From positions 1 to 50,654 of the forward strand of contig DXIY01000096.1 in the NCBI GenBank assembly GCA_019112665.1: 50,654 bases of DNA, read 5' to 3'. The stretch comes from Candidatus Ruthenibacterium merdipullorum. GTDB taxonomy: Bacteria > Bacillota > Clostridia > Oscillospirales > Ruminococcaceae. The translations under genes were made by a program, and so were the position numbers. Positions 1 through 8,926 of this stretch are shown one piece after another. Position 1 is the first letter of the stretch. Each line of letters starts with the position of its first letter. Below the pieces are notes generated by a model, which was given only the letters and a program-made list of their open reading frames with translations, did no database searches and had not been told where the DNA came from.

Positions 1-515
1 ACGAAGTAGGCCTGCGGGTGCTCGCACACGGGGCACACCTCGGGGGCATGCGTGCCAATGTGCACATGGCCGCAGTTGGTGCACACCCACACCTGCTCTG
101 TCTCGCGGGCGAACACGGTGCCGGCGTCCAGCGAGGCCTTCAGGGCCAGGTAACGCTCTTCGTGCTCTTTTTCAATTTTGCCCACAGCCTCAAACAGCCA
201 GGCAATTTTGTCAAAGCCCTCTTCTTTGGCTGTTTTGGCAAAGCCTGCGTACATGTCCGTCCACTCATAGTGCTCGCCGGCGGCGGCGTCCACCAGGTTG
301 GCGGCGGTGTCGGGCATGCCGTCGTGCAGCAGTTTAAACCAGATTTTTGCATGCTCTTTTTCGTTGCCGGCTGTCTCTTCGAAAATGGCCGCGATTTGGT
401 TATAGCCCTCTTTTTTCGCTTTCGAGGCATAGTAGGTGTACTTGTTGCGCGCCTGGCTCTCGCCCGCAAATGCCGTCCACAGGTTTTGTTCTGTCTTAGA
501 ACCCTTCAGATCCAT
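1..515 (-). CDS. rbr: Rubrerythrin (3' end runs off the window)
   Basis: Not in the ORF track; translated by hand from ATG at 515: [26 protein letters not shown]...NEKEHAKIW...EHYEWTDMY...EKEHEERY...[10 protein letters not shown]...CPVCEHP. Shows diiron ExxH motifs plus a rubredoxin CxxC pair; AAGGAGAG RBS upstream. Confidence 0.95.
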   Translation of the reverse strand, partial: MDLKGSKTEQNLWTAFAGESQARNKYTYYASKAKKEGYNQIAAIFEETAGNEKEHAKIWFKLLHDGMPDTAANLVDAAAGEHYEWTDMYAGFAKTAKEEGFDKIAWLFEAVGKIEKEHEERYLALKASLDAGTVFARETEQVWVCTNCGHVHIGTHAPEVCPVCEHPQAYF

Positions 516-629
516 AAACCATCTCTCCTTCTCTTTCGTAAAATAAACTTCCGGCACCGGGGTTTACAGGGCAGGCAAACGGCCCGCCCGCAGGCCCCAG
601 CACCTATTTTGCGCATTTCTGCGTAAAAT

Positions 630-1049
630 TCACACTTTCCGCGCTGCTGTGTGCGCCGCGCAGGCAGGGCAAACCCCCGTGAACAGCACCGTGTGCTGTG
701 CCTGCGTGTAGCCGGTGGCCTGTTCGGCAAAGGTATCCAGCGCGGCAAGCGCGCCACCCTGTGCGCCGGCAGAAAATTCCACATCGTCCAGCCTGCCGCA
801 CACCGTGCACTCAATATGGGCGTGCCCGTCCAGCCGGTGGTCGAACCTGTCCGCCCCGGCGGGCATGGGCAAATGGCGCAGGCGGCCGTCCTCGGAAAGG
901 CTGGCAAGGTTGCGGTACACCGTGGCTTTGCTGATGGTGGGGTGTGCCTTTACAACCTGGGCATACACCTGCTCGGCCGTGGGGTGGTTGTGCAGCTGGG
1001 CCACCGCTTCCAGCACAAGCTGTTTTTGGATGGTGTTTCGTTTTTCCAC
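630..1049 (-). CDS. perR: Fur-family regulator, PerR-like
   Basis: HPTAE, ATVYRNL, FDHxxxxHxHxxCxxC and CPAC motifs; GTG start with GGAGG RBS; directly upstream of rubrerythrin. Confidence 0.85.
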   Translation of the reverse strand: MEKRNTIQKQLVLEAVAQLHNHPTAEQVYAQVVKAHPTISKATVYRNLASLSEDGRLRHLPMPAGADRFDHRLDGHAHIECTVCGRLDDVEFSAGAQGGALAALDTFAEQATGYTQAQHTVLFTGVCPACAAHTAARKV

Positions 1050-1064
1050 AGCGGGCCTCCTTGT

Positions 1065-1109
1065 AATATTCTTAATTGATATTATATCCTATTAAGAATA
1101 TTCTGTCAA
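1065..1109 (-). promoter_or_regulatory. Consensus sigma-A promoter of perR-rbr with an overlapping 12-bp inverted repeat (putative operator)
   Basis: Minus strand TTGACA (1104-1109), 17 bp, TATAAT (1081-1086). AATATTCTTAAT (1065-1076) and ATTAAGAATATT (1091-1102) form a perfect inverted repeat. Confidence 0.85.
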
Positions 1110-1112
1110 CCC

Positions 1113-1604
1113 TCAGCCCTCGCCGCGCGGCTGGCGTTTTTCCCCAAGGCCTTTTTTGGAAGTTTGGCGCAGCGTGGTGCGCACGGTTTTCACGTCTGTC
1201 AGGCTTTGAGCCAGCTGTTCCTCTGTGCGGCGCAGCATGTTTTCGCAATAGCCGGTGACGGTGGCGCGCATCTCGCGGCTTTGGGCCTGGGCGCTGGCCA
1301 GCATTTCGGTGGCCTTCTGCTGGGCGGCCTTCACAATGGCCTGTTCGGCCACAATGGCGCGGGCGCGCTCTTCCGCGCGCTTGATGATGGCCTCGGCCTC
1401 TTTGTTGGCATCGTCCACAATGCGGCCGCGGTCTTCCACAATGGCGCGGGCCTGCTTAATTTCCTGCGGCATGGAAAGGCGGATATCGTCCATAATATCG
1501 CGCACCTTTTCCACGTCCACCATGCGCTTGCCGCCGGTGAACGGCAAAGTGGTGGCCTCCTCCAGCGTCTCGTCCATGATGTCCAGCAATTCGTCGATGG
1601 TCAT
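1113..1604 (-). CDS. Conserved coiled-coil protein (DivIVA-like/'ATPase subunit b-like') typically found downstream of coaD
   Basis: Helical Ala/Glu/Arg-rich sequence (LPFTGGKRMVD...MPQEIKQA); lies immediately after coaD. Confidence 0.75.
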   Translation of the reverse strand: MTIDELLDIMDETLEEATTLPFTGGKRMVDVEKVRDIMDDIRLSMPQEIKQARAIVEDRGRIVDDANKEAEAIIKRAEERARAIVAEQAIVKAAQQKATEMLASAQAQSREMRATVTGYCENMLRRTEEQLAQSLTDVKTVRTTLRQTSKKGLGEKRQPRGEG

Positions 1605-1608
1605 TGAT

Positions 1609-2106
1609 TCAAACCTCCTGTTGTTGGCCCTGTTTCAGGCGAAGTACCACTTCCTCGCGGATGACCTCGGGCAGAAAACCCGTCACGTCGCCGCCAAACT
1701 GGGCGACCTGCTTGACCATGCTGGAAGACAGGTATATGTATTGCGAATCGGTGATGATGAACATTGTCTCCAGCTCGGCGTTCAGCTTTTTGTTGGTGAG
1801 CGCCTGTTGAAATTCGAACTCAAAATCTGTCACGGCGCGCAGGCCCTTAATCAGCGTGCACGCGCCTATGTGGTGGGCGTAATCGGCCAGAAGGCCCTGG
1901 TAGGAATCTACCGTGACGTTGCCGATGTGCGCCGTGGCCCGGCGCAGAAAGCTGGTGCGCTCTTCCACGGTGAAAAACGGGCGCTTGGCCGGGTTGATTA
2001 CCACCAGCACCACCACCTTGTCGAACAGCTTTGCCGTGCGCTCGATGATGTCTACATGGCCTTTTGTCACCGGGTCGAAGCTGCCCGGGCAGATGGCGAT
2101 GCGCAT
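1609..2106 (-). CDS. coaD: Pantetheine-phosphate adenylyltransferase
   Basis: MRIAICPGSFDPVTKGHVDII, KGLRAVTDFEFE and SSSMVK motifs; start trimmed to ATG 2106. Confidence 0.97.
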   Translation of the reverse strand: MRIAICPGSFDPVTKGHVDIIERTAKLFDKVVVLVVINPAKRPFFTVEERTSFLRRATAHIGNVTVDSYQGLLADYAHHIGACTLIKGLRAVTDFEFEFQQALTNKKLNAELETMFIITDSQYIYLSSSMVKQVAQFGGDVTGFLPEVIREEVVLRLKQGQQQEV

Positions 2107-2129
2107 GTTGTTTCCCCCTTTTTTGCGGC

Positions 2130-2684
2130 CTATTGGCCGCCCCCGGCACAAAGCGTGTATTTCGAGACAAGCACCGTGCCGTACCGGTATTGCCTGGCAA
2201 GGCGCAGTGCGCCGCATGCCTCGGGCAGCTGCGCGCCGCGCTCGGTTTCCGCCAGCACCACGCCGCCCGGCGCCAGCACCTGCGCCACGGCGGGCAGAAT
2301 GGCCGCCACAGTGCCGTGATGGTAGGGTGGGTCCAGCAGGACAAGGTGAAAGGTGTCGGAACAGGCGGCAAGGTAGGCCCCGGCGCTTGTTTGCAGCACA
2401 CGGGCCTTTGCGGCCAGGCGTGCGGCGGCGGCGTTTTCCCGCACCACGGCGCACGCCGCGCGCGATTCGTCCAGAAAAACGCACGATGCGGCCCCGCGGC
2501 TAAGCGCCTCCAGCCCCAGCTGGCCCGAGCCCGCAAAGGCGTCCAGCACGCGCGCGCCCGGCAAAAGGAACTGCACAGCGCTGAACATGCCCTCTTTCAC
2601 GCGGGCCACCGTGGGGCGCGTGACGTCTGTGCCAGGCAGCGTTTTCAGCGCGGTGCCGCGCGCCTCGCCAGCAATGATGCGCAT
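2130..2684 (-). CDS. rsmD: 16S rRNA m2G966 methyltransferase
   Basis: MRIIAGEARG...TRPT, LDAFAGSGQLGLEALSRGA and DPPY motifs; usual rsmD-coaD order. Confidence 0.95.
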   Translation of the reverse strand: MRIIAGEARGTALKTLPGTDVTRPTVARVKEGMFSAVQFLLPGARVLDAFAGSGQLGLEALSRGAASCVFLDESRAACAVVRENAAAARLAAKARVLQTSAGAYLAACSDTFHLVLLDPPYHHGTVAAILPAVAQVLAPGGVVLAETERGAQLPEACGALRLARQYRYGTVLVSKYTLCAGGGQ

Positions 2685-2720
2685 GGCGCGCCCCCCTTCC
2701 AGCAATAACATTCCAGCATT

Positions 2721-2749
2721 ATTGTAACAGGAACCCCATGGTTTTTCAA
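2721..2749 (-). promoter_or_regulatory. Putative sigma-A promoter for rsmD-coaD, overlapping the uvrC stop
   Basis: TTGAAA, 17 bp, TACAAT with an extended -10 TG on the minus strand. Confidence 0.55.
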
Positions 2750-4575
2750 GGCGAAGCGTGGAAGGCGTTCCACACGGCCGAGGCCGCGCGCTTTGAAACG
2801 CCCTTGGCGGCGCACAGCTCGTCCAGCGAGGCCGCGCGCACAGCCCCCACCGTTTTGAAGTGGGCCAGCAGGGCCTTGGCCGTGGCCGGCCCCACGCCGG
2901 GCACAGCCTCCAGCGTGGAGGAATAGGCCCTGCCCTTTTGCAGCCTGCGGCGGTAATCGTTGGCCCAGCGGTGCGTCTCGTCCTGAATGGAAGTGATGAA
3001 GGTGAAGGGCCCGCGGTGCATGGCAAGGGCAATTTCGCGCCCGGCCGCGTCCACAAGGCCGCGGGTGCGGTGCTTTGAATCCTTCACCATGCCAAACACG
3101 GGCACACCGGCAAGCCGGGTGCCCGCAAGGGCGGCACACACGGCGGCCACCTGGCCGCGGCCGCCATCGATGAGCAGCAGGTCTGGCTTTATTTTGAACT
3201 GGCTGTTTGTGCCCTTTTCATATTCGGCTGCGCGGCGGGCCAGCGTCTCGGCCATGGAGGCATAGTCGTCTGTGCCGGGCACCGTGTGCATTTTGAAGCG
3301 GCGGTAGCCGGCCTTTTTGGGTTTGCCGTCCTCGAACACCACCATGCCGGCCACACTGGTGCCATCGCCCCAGTTGGAGATATCATAGCTTTCTATCACG
3401 CGCGGCGGCGCGGCCAGGCCCAGCAGATGGGCCGTTTCGTCCAGCGCGCGCTGTTCGCGCGCATAGCGCCCGCTTTCGCGCGCAAGGCGCTCGAAGGCGT
3501 TGGTGCGCGCCATCTCCACCAGCTTTTTCGTGTCGCCGCGCTGGGGCACATACAGCTGCACCTTTGCGCCCTTTGTCTCCGACAAAAGGCGCTGCAAATG
3601 CTGCGCGCCCGCGGGTGCCTCGTCCACGGCGATGCTTTTGGGGATGAACTCGGTGTCCTCCAGATAATAGCGGGGCAGAAATTCGTCGCGCAGGGCGGCA
3701 ATGTCCTGCGTGTCGTGAAACAGAAATTCCCGCTTATCGGCCAGGCGCCCCTCGCGGAAACGCAAAATAGCCGCGCACACGGCGTTGGCCGAGCCCGCAA
3801 AGGCAATGACGTCCTGCTCTGCCACTTCGCTGCGCACTACTTTCTGCCCGCGGCTTACCTTTTCAATGGCGGCAAGCTGGTCCCGTATCAGGGCCGCGCG
3901 CTCAAAATCCAGCCGCCCGGCGGCGTCCTCCATGCGGGCCTTCAGCGTCTTCATAATGTCCGCCTGGCCGTGGCGTATCATGTGCAGGGCGCTTTCCACG
4001 GCCTCGCGGTAATCTTCGTTGCGTATTTTGCCCGAGCACACGGCCATGCACTTGCCAATGTGCGCATTCAAACACGGGCGCCCCTTGCCGATGTCCTGCG
4101 GGAAGCGCCGCGTGCACCGCGGCAGGCGGAACACGTCGGACGCGGCCTCCACCATTTCGCGCACGGCAAAGCTGGAGGTGAACGGGCCGTAGTAATCGGC
4201 GTTTTCATCGTCCTTTTGCAGGGCGGCCGAAAGGCGCGGCCATTTTTCACGCGTGACCTTCACATAGCTGTAGCCCTTGTCGTCCTTCAAAAGAATGTTG
4301 TATTTGGGCTTGTGCTGCTTGATTTGGCTGCATTCCAGCACAAGCGCTTCGAACTCGCTTTGCGTGACAATGACGTCGAACTCGAACGCATGGCTGATCA
4401 TCTTGGTCACCTTGGCGTCGTGCGGCACGCCCTCGCGAAAATACTGCGAAACGCGCGTGCGCAGGCGCTTGGCCTTGCCGATGTAGATAATTTGGCCCTC
4501 TTTGTCGCGGATGATGTACACCCCCGGCAGAAGCGGCAGCATTTTTGCCTTTTCCCAAAGCTGTTGTTTTGTCAT
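2746..4575 (-). CDS. uvrC: Excinuclease ABC subunit C
   Basis: GIY-YIG N-terminus (PGVY...IYIGKAK.LR.RVSQYF), UVR coiled coil, ESYDISN, PDLLLIDGG and a C-terminal HhH. Confidence 0.97.
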   Translation of the reverse strand: MTKQQLWEKAKMLPLLPGVYIIRDKEGQIIYIGKAKRLRTRVSQYFREGVPHDAKVTKMISHAFEFDVIVTQSEFEALVLECSQIKQHKPKYNILLKDDKGYSYVKVTREKWPRLSAALQKDDENADYYGPFTSSFAVREMVEAASDVFRLPRCTRRFPQDIGKGRPCLNAHIGKCMAVCSGKIRNEDYREAVESALHMIRHGQADIMKTLKARMEDAAGRLDFERAALIRDQLAAIEKVSRGQKVVRSEVAEQDVIAFAGSANAVCAAILRFREGRLADKREFLFHDTQDIAALRDEFLPRYYLEDTEFIPKSIAVDEAPAGAQHLQRLLSETKGAKVQLYVPQRGDTKKLVEMARTNAFERLARESGRYAREQRALDETAHLLGLAAPPRVIESYDISNWGDGTSVAGMVVFEDGKPKKAGYRRFKMHTVPGTDDYASMAETLARRAAEYEKGTNSQFKIKPDLLLIDGGRGQVAAVCAALAGTRLAGVPVFGMVKDSKHRTRGLVDAAGREIALAMHRGPFTFITSIQDETHRWANDYRRRLQKGRAYSSTLEAVPGVGPATAKALLAHFKTVGAVRAASLDELCAAKGVSKRAASAVWNAFHASP

Positions 4576-4604
4576 GTATTTGCCTCGTTTCGCGCAGATG
4601 CGTC

Positions 4605-4657
4605 AAAAACAAAGCGGCGTGCCGCCCCCGCACGGGTGCCGCACACCGCCGTTTTTG
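4605..4657 (-). terminator. Putative intrinsic terminator after HPr
   Basis: GC-rich imperfect hairpin followed by TTTGTTTTT on the minus strand. Confidence 0.5.
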
Positions 4658-4669
4658 CTTACCTTTCGG

Positions 4670-4933
4670 TCATTCGCTGAAGCCGGAATTCACCAGCTCG
4701 GTCAGGCCTTCCACGGCCGCCTGCTCGTCTGCGCCGTCCGCAATGATGCGGATGGTGGTGCCGCCTACGATGCCCAGGCTCAGAACGCCAAGCAGGCTTT
4801 TCGCATTGACGCGGCGCTCTTCTTTTTCAACCCAGATGGAAGATTTGAACTCATTCGCTTTCTGGATGAAGAAGGTAGCGGGACGCGCGTGCAACCCCAC
4901 CTGGTTCTCGACGGTAACTTCTTTCACAAACAT
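4670..4933 (-). CDS. ptsH: PTS phosphocarrier HPr
   Basis: GLHARPA (His15) and NAKSLLGV (Ser46) motifs; ATG at 4933 with AAGGAG RBS. Confidence 0.93.
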   Translation of the reverse strand: MFVKEVTVENQVGLHARPATFFIQKANEFKSSIWVEKEERRVNAKSLLGVLSLGIVGGTTIRIIADGADEQAAVEGLTELVNSGFSE

Positions 4934-5184
4934 ATTCAAACGCTCCTTCTAACACAGTGAATGACAGCTGACGCTTTGCCCTCATTCTATACCTTTGGTT
5001 CGCGGTTCGTCAAACAATTTCGTACAGCTTTTGCGATTTTCTGCAACATGCCATCAAACCGGAACTTCTTTTTCCTGTTCTTTGTGCGGTATCACCAATT
5101 AGTTTTCAACTTCCTCTGCGGTTTATACAGAATTCTTTGCCAAAACAGGAAAAAGCACGGCATTTGGGGCCGCCCGCAGGCCGC

Positions 5185-5913
5185 CTAGGGGTTTGTTTCG
5201 CCGTCCTTTTTTCCGGCAAGGTAGGCTTCGTAAAGGTCTGGCCTGCGCTGGCGCGTGCGCTCCAGCGCCTGCTGCGCGCGCCAGGCGCGGATGTTGGCGT
5301 GGTGCCCGCTGAGCAGCACCTGCGGCACGCGCATGCCGTGCCATTCCTCCGGCCGGGTGTACTGCGGGTACTCTAACAGGCCGGAATAGAAGCTCTCGTC
5401 CTCATAGCCCTCGGCACAGGCCAGCACGCCGGGCTGAAGGCGGAACACGCTGTCTGCCACCACCAGCGCCGCCAGTTCGCCGCCGGTGAGCACATAGTCG
5501 CCAATGGATATTTCTTCATCGGCCAGCGCCTCAATTACGCGCTCGTCAATGCCCTCGTAGTGCCCGCACACCAAAAGCAGGCTTTCCTCTTTGGCAAGGC
5601 GCTTGCACACCTGCTGGGTAAGCGGCGCGCCGCCCGCCGTCATAAACACCACATGCGGCCGGGCGCGGCCCTCGGCCGCCGCCGCCTGCAAAACAGATGC
5701 ACAGCAATCGTAAATGGGCTGGGCCTGCATCACCATGCCGGGGCCGCCGCCGTAGGGGTAATCGTCCACCTGGCGCTGTTTGTTCAGCGTGTGCTCGCGA
5801 ATTTGATGGGCGTGAAACTCAATATATCCGTTTTTCTGTGCGCGGCCAATGATGCTTTGCGCCATAAACGCCTCGCAAATCTCGGGGAACAGGGTGGCGA
5901 CGTCAATCCGCAT
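5185..5913 (-). CDS. trmD: tRNA (guanine37-N1)-methyltransferase
   Basis: [45 protein letters not shown] and [10 protein letters not shown] motifs. Confidence 0.97.
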   Translation of the reverse strand: MRIDVATLFPEICEAFMAQSIIGRAQKNGYIEFHAHQIREHTLNKQRQVDDYPYGGGPGMVMQAQPIYDCCASVLQAAAAEGRARPHVVFMTAGGAPLTQQVCKRLAKEESLLLVCGHYEGIDERVIEALADEEISIGDYVLTGGELAALVVADSVFRLQPGVLACAEGYEDESFYSGLLEYPQYTRPEEWHGMRVPQVLLSGHHANIRAWRAQQALERTRQRRPDLYEAYLAGKKDGETNP

Positions 5914-6436
5914 CGGCGCGCACCTCCCCGCCGTCGAACATGCCGGGGATGGGCCGCACGGTGACGTACCCCTCCTGCGGGCACAGCTCGCCCAAAAATT
6001 CCGCCACCGCCGGGAACAGCACCGTCTCGCCCTGCGGCGTCTGAATGGCGTACACGTCCGACGCGGCGGGGTGCGTGATGTCGCGCACCGTGCCGTACAC
6101 GGCGCCCGTGGCGGCGTCGCGCACCTCGCAGCCAATGATGTCCTGCACAAAATAGCGCCCGGGGGGCAGCTTGGCGTCCGCGCGGGCAAAATAGGCAGTT
6201 TTGCCAATATAGGCGCGGGCGGCGTCCATGCCGTCCACCCCGCGCAGCTTTACAATGCACATGCCCTTGTGCGCGCGCACACGCTCCAGTTCCAGCGGTG
6301 CGCCGCCCTGCGGCGAAATGTACAGCCGCGGAAGGCACGCAATAAATTCCGGGCCGTCGGCCCAGGGGTACAGCTTCAATTCGCCCAGCACGCCGTGCGT
6401 GGTGACGAACTGCCCTGCTTCCAAATATGCTTTCAT
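5903..6436 (-). CDS. rimM: Ribosome maturation factor RimM
   Basis: [14 protein letters not shown] and YFVQDIIGC motifs plus a PRC-barrel C-terminus; overlaps the trmD start. Confidence 0.93.
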   Translation of the reverse strand: MKAYLEAGQFVTTHGVLGELKLYPWADGPEFIACLPRLYISPQGGAPLELERVRAHKGMCIVKLRGVDGMDAARAYIGKTAYFARADAKLPPGRYFVQDIIGCEVRDAATGAVYGTVRDITHPAASDVYAIQTPQGETVLFPAVAEFLGELCPQEGYVTVRPIPGMFDGGEVRADAD

Positions 6437-6495
6437 GACCATACAGCCCCCTGCTGTCAGAATAAAAACGTAAACCGTGCGCAGCGCGCATGCGC

Positions 6496-7152
6496 CTATT
6501 CCACAATAACGCCCAGCAGCTTTGCCAGCTCGCACGCCTGCAGCGCCGTGACGCGCGCGCCGCGCAGCTCGGGCCCTTCCAGGGCAATGCCCTCGATGTT
6601 GCAGGTGGCAAAGTTCTGCCCCGCAAGGGGCGTGTGCAGAAACTGCGCGCCCGCAAGGCTGCATTCCCGAAAGGCGAACACGGCGCGCCGCCGCAGGCCA
6701 ATGTCGGAAAAGACGGCGCCAGAAAGGTCTGTCTGCTCGAACAGAACAGCCTTCATGCCGCATTCGGAAAAAACGGCGCTTTGCGCCACGCAGCCGGAAA
6801 AGCGCACATCCGCCAGGGCGCCGGCGCTGAAATTTGCCCCCGTGAGGCGGCAGCCCTCGAACACACACCGGTGCAGCGTGGCGCCAACCAGCGCCGCGCC
6901 CGCAAAATCACAGTTGTGAAACAACACATCGCAAAAGTACGCGCCGCGCAAATCGGCCCCGCGCAGGCACACGCTTTTCAGCGCACAGCCGCGCCATTCG
7001 CTTTTGGCAAGCGGCGCGCCGGGCGCGCCGCCGCCCGTGAAGGCGAAGGCCTCTATGGGCGCATCCTCCATGGCGCACAGGCTTTGCGCCTCTTCAAAAG
7101 AAAGCTGTGTCTCCAGCGCGCCCAGCACCGGGCCCCGGGGCTGTGTTTCCAT
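6496..7152 (-). CDS. Pentapeptide-repeat protein (Gram-positive Qnr/MfpA-like)
   Basis: Tandem 5-residue repeats (LRGAD LRGAY FCDVL FHNCD FAGAA ...) and a C-terminal LRGARV...QACELAKLLGVIV helix. Confidence 0.85.
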   Translation of the reverse strand: METQPRGPVLGALETQLSFEEAQSLCAMEDAPIEAFAFTGGGAPGAPLAKSEWRGCALKSVCLRGADLRGAYFCDVLFHNCDFAGAALVGATLHRCVFEGCRLTGANFSAGALADVRFSGCVAQSAVFSECGMKAVLFEQTDLSGAVFSDIGLRRRAVFAFRECSLAGAQFLHTPLAGQNFATCNIEGIALEGPELRGARVTALQACELAKLLGVIVE

Positions 7153-7258
7153 GGGCTTGCGCCCCCTTTCAGCGGCATTTGGGCGCTGTGCGCGCCACAT
7201 GGCGAAAAAAGCCGGAAGAGCGTGTTCTCTTCCGGCTGGCGGGCTGCGCTGTGCGCCT

Positions 7259-7396
7259 TCAGCGCACGCGCGGGCGGCTGAACTTTTTGCTCAGCACCAC
7301 GCCCACGGCGCTGAACACAATAGCCGTGATGGACACAACGGCCCCCACGGCACCCAAAATAAAGCCAACCAGGCTGAAGGCTGTCCCTTTTCTCAT
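7259..7396 (-). CDS. Small (45 aa) membrane protein, below the ORF-track cutoff
   Basis: ATG 7396 preceded by AAAGGATG. Translation MRKGTAFSLVGFILGAVGAVVSITAIVFSAVGVVLSKKFSRPRVR*; codons match the genome bias; same strand as neighbours. Confidence 0.7.
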   Translation of the reverse strand: MRKGTAFSLVGFILGAVGAVVSITAIVFSAVGVVLSKKFSRPRVR

Positions 7397-7417
7397 TTCA
7401 CAGCATCCTTTCTGCCG

Positions 7418-7951
7418 TCAGCGGCAAAATTTTTCAATGTATGCATCCAGGCAGTTCTGAATGATGCGCTTGGCCTCATCCGGGCCCTGCTCTTCGTTCA
7501 CCACGGTGTCTTTGCCCTCCAGGTTTTTGTACACGCTGAAGAAATGGCGCATTTCCGAGAAGATATGGCTGGGCAGCTGGGAGATATCCGTATAGGTGTT
7601 ATAGGTGGGGTCGTTGAACGGGATGGCGATAATCTTCTCGTCCATCTTGCCCTGGTCCAGCATGGTGATGACGCCGATGGGGTAGCACCGCACCAGGCTG
7701 AGCGGGGCGAGCGTCTCGCTGGAGAGCACCAGCACGTCCAGCGGGTCTCCGTCGTCGGCATAGGTGCGGGGGATCAGCCCGTAGTTGGCCGGGTAATGGG
7801 TAGAGGTATAAAGGATGCGGTCCAGAATGATATGGCCTGTCTCCTTATCCAGCTCATATTTTTTCTTTGAGCCCTTTTCAATCTCGATAACGGCAATGAA
7901 ATCGTCCGGGCTGATGCGCGAGGGGTTCATATCGTGCCAAATGTTTGACAT
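7418..7951 (-). CDS. ppa: Inorganic pyrophosphatase (family I)
   Basis: KYELDK, YPANYGLIP.T...DGDPLDVLV and DEKII motifs. Confidence 0.95.
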   Translation of the reverse strand: MSNIWHDMNPSRISPDDFIAVIEIEKGSKKKYELDKETGHIILDRILYTSTHYPANYGLIPRTYADDGDPLDVLVLSSETLAPLSLVRCYPIGVITMLDQGKMDEKIIAIPFNDPTYNTYTDISQLPSHIFSEMRHFFSVYKNLEGKDTVVNEEQGPDEAKRIIQNCLDAYIEKFCR

Positions 7952-8095
7952 GGCGCTTCCAACTCCTTTTCAGGCCCGCCGCATGCATCCCCTGCCCGGC
8001 AGGGCAAAGGGCGGCGCGGGCCGTTTCTTTTTTCATCATAACACCGCCCGCGTGTTTTCGCAAGGCGTTTTGCGCGCCGGGCGGCGCACCCTGCC

Positions 8096-8926
8096 TTACA
8101 GCGCCTCTTCGCAGAAGGCGCCGCCGCGCAGCACCCACACGCTGGAAAAGCCGGCCTGCCGCAGCATCTCGCGCGCGGGTGCAAAGCCGAAACACAGCGC
8201 CTCGGCGCAGTGGGCGTCTGCGTTGACGGTGGCGCGCATGCCCTTTTCCGCCGCGCGGCGCAGCAGGAACGGCGCGGGGTAAAACGTGCTGCGCCAGCCG
8301 CGGAACACGCCGCCCGTGTTCACCTCCAGAATGCCCCCCGCCTCACAGCAGGCGTCCAGCGCCTCCAGTGCGGCGGCGCGGTAGGCGGGGCTCTCTTCGT
8401 CGAACAGGGCGCCGTGCGCATTGGGCTTTACCACCAAATCGAAGTGGCCAATCACATCCGGCCTGGTGCGCAGGGCATTTTCCGCCACGGCCGCGTAATA
8501 CGCCTTCGCATAGGCCAGGCCGTTTTGGCCAAACATCTCTTTGATGCAGCTTTGGGCTGTGGCCTCGTCCCAATCCACCCCGTAAAAACGGTCTGCAGCC
8601 TTGTCGTACAGGTAGTGCACCGAACCGATGACATAATCCAGCTCGTGCCGGGCAGAAAAATGGGAGAGCGCGTCCAGCTCAAGGCCCGCGGCCACACAGA
8701 TCTGGCCCGCAAAGCGCGCCTTTGCGCCGCGCAAAGCGGCAAGGTAGCCCGCCTCGTCGCCCGTGGCATGCGGCGGCTCTGCCGCCAGGCAGGAATGGTC
8801 TGAGATGCCGATGTCGGAAAAGCCCTGACGGACGGCGGCGCGCACCATGTCGTCCAGCGCCAGCGCGCCATCGCTCATCTGCGTGTGGTTATGGCACGCC
8901 GAAAGGCCGCGCGCCGGGGCCGTCAC
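8096..8926 (-). CDS. PHP-domain phosphatase (histidinol-phosphatase HisJ/HisK family)
   Basis: HNHT..SDG, ISDH, DYVIGSVH, IGHFD, LEVNTG and ADAH motifs. Confidence 0.85.
   Translation of the reverse strand: MTAPARGLSACHNHTQMSDGALALDDMVRAAVRQGFSDIGISDHSCLAAEPPHATGDEAGYLAALRGAKARFAGQICVAAGLELDALSHFSARHELDYVIGSVHYLYDKAADRFYGVDWDEATAQSCIKEMFGQNGLAYAKAYYAAVAENALRTRPDVIGHFDLVVKPNAHGALFDEESPAYRAAALEALDACCEAGGILEVNTGGVFRGWRSTFYPAPFLLRRAAEKGMRATVNADAHCAEALCFGFAPAREMLRQAGFSSVWVLRGGAFCEEAL

Noticed and set aside
18-626. 202-aa plus-strand ORF
   Set aside because: Antisense to rubrerythrin, which the ORF track missed because its stop lies outside the window.
4961-5188. 75-aa ORF between HPr and trmD
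   Set aside because: AT-rich promoter region of ptsH (TTGACG-18-TAGAAT on minus); atypical codons and no RBS.
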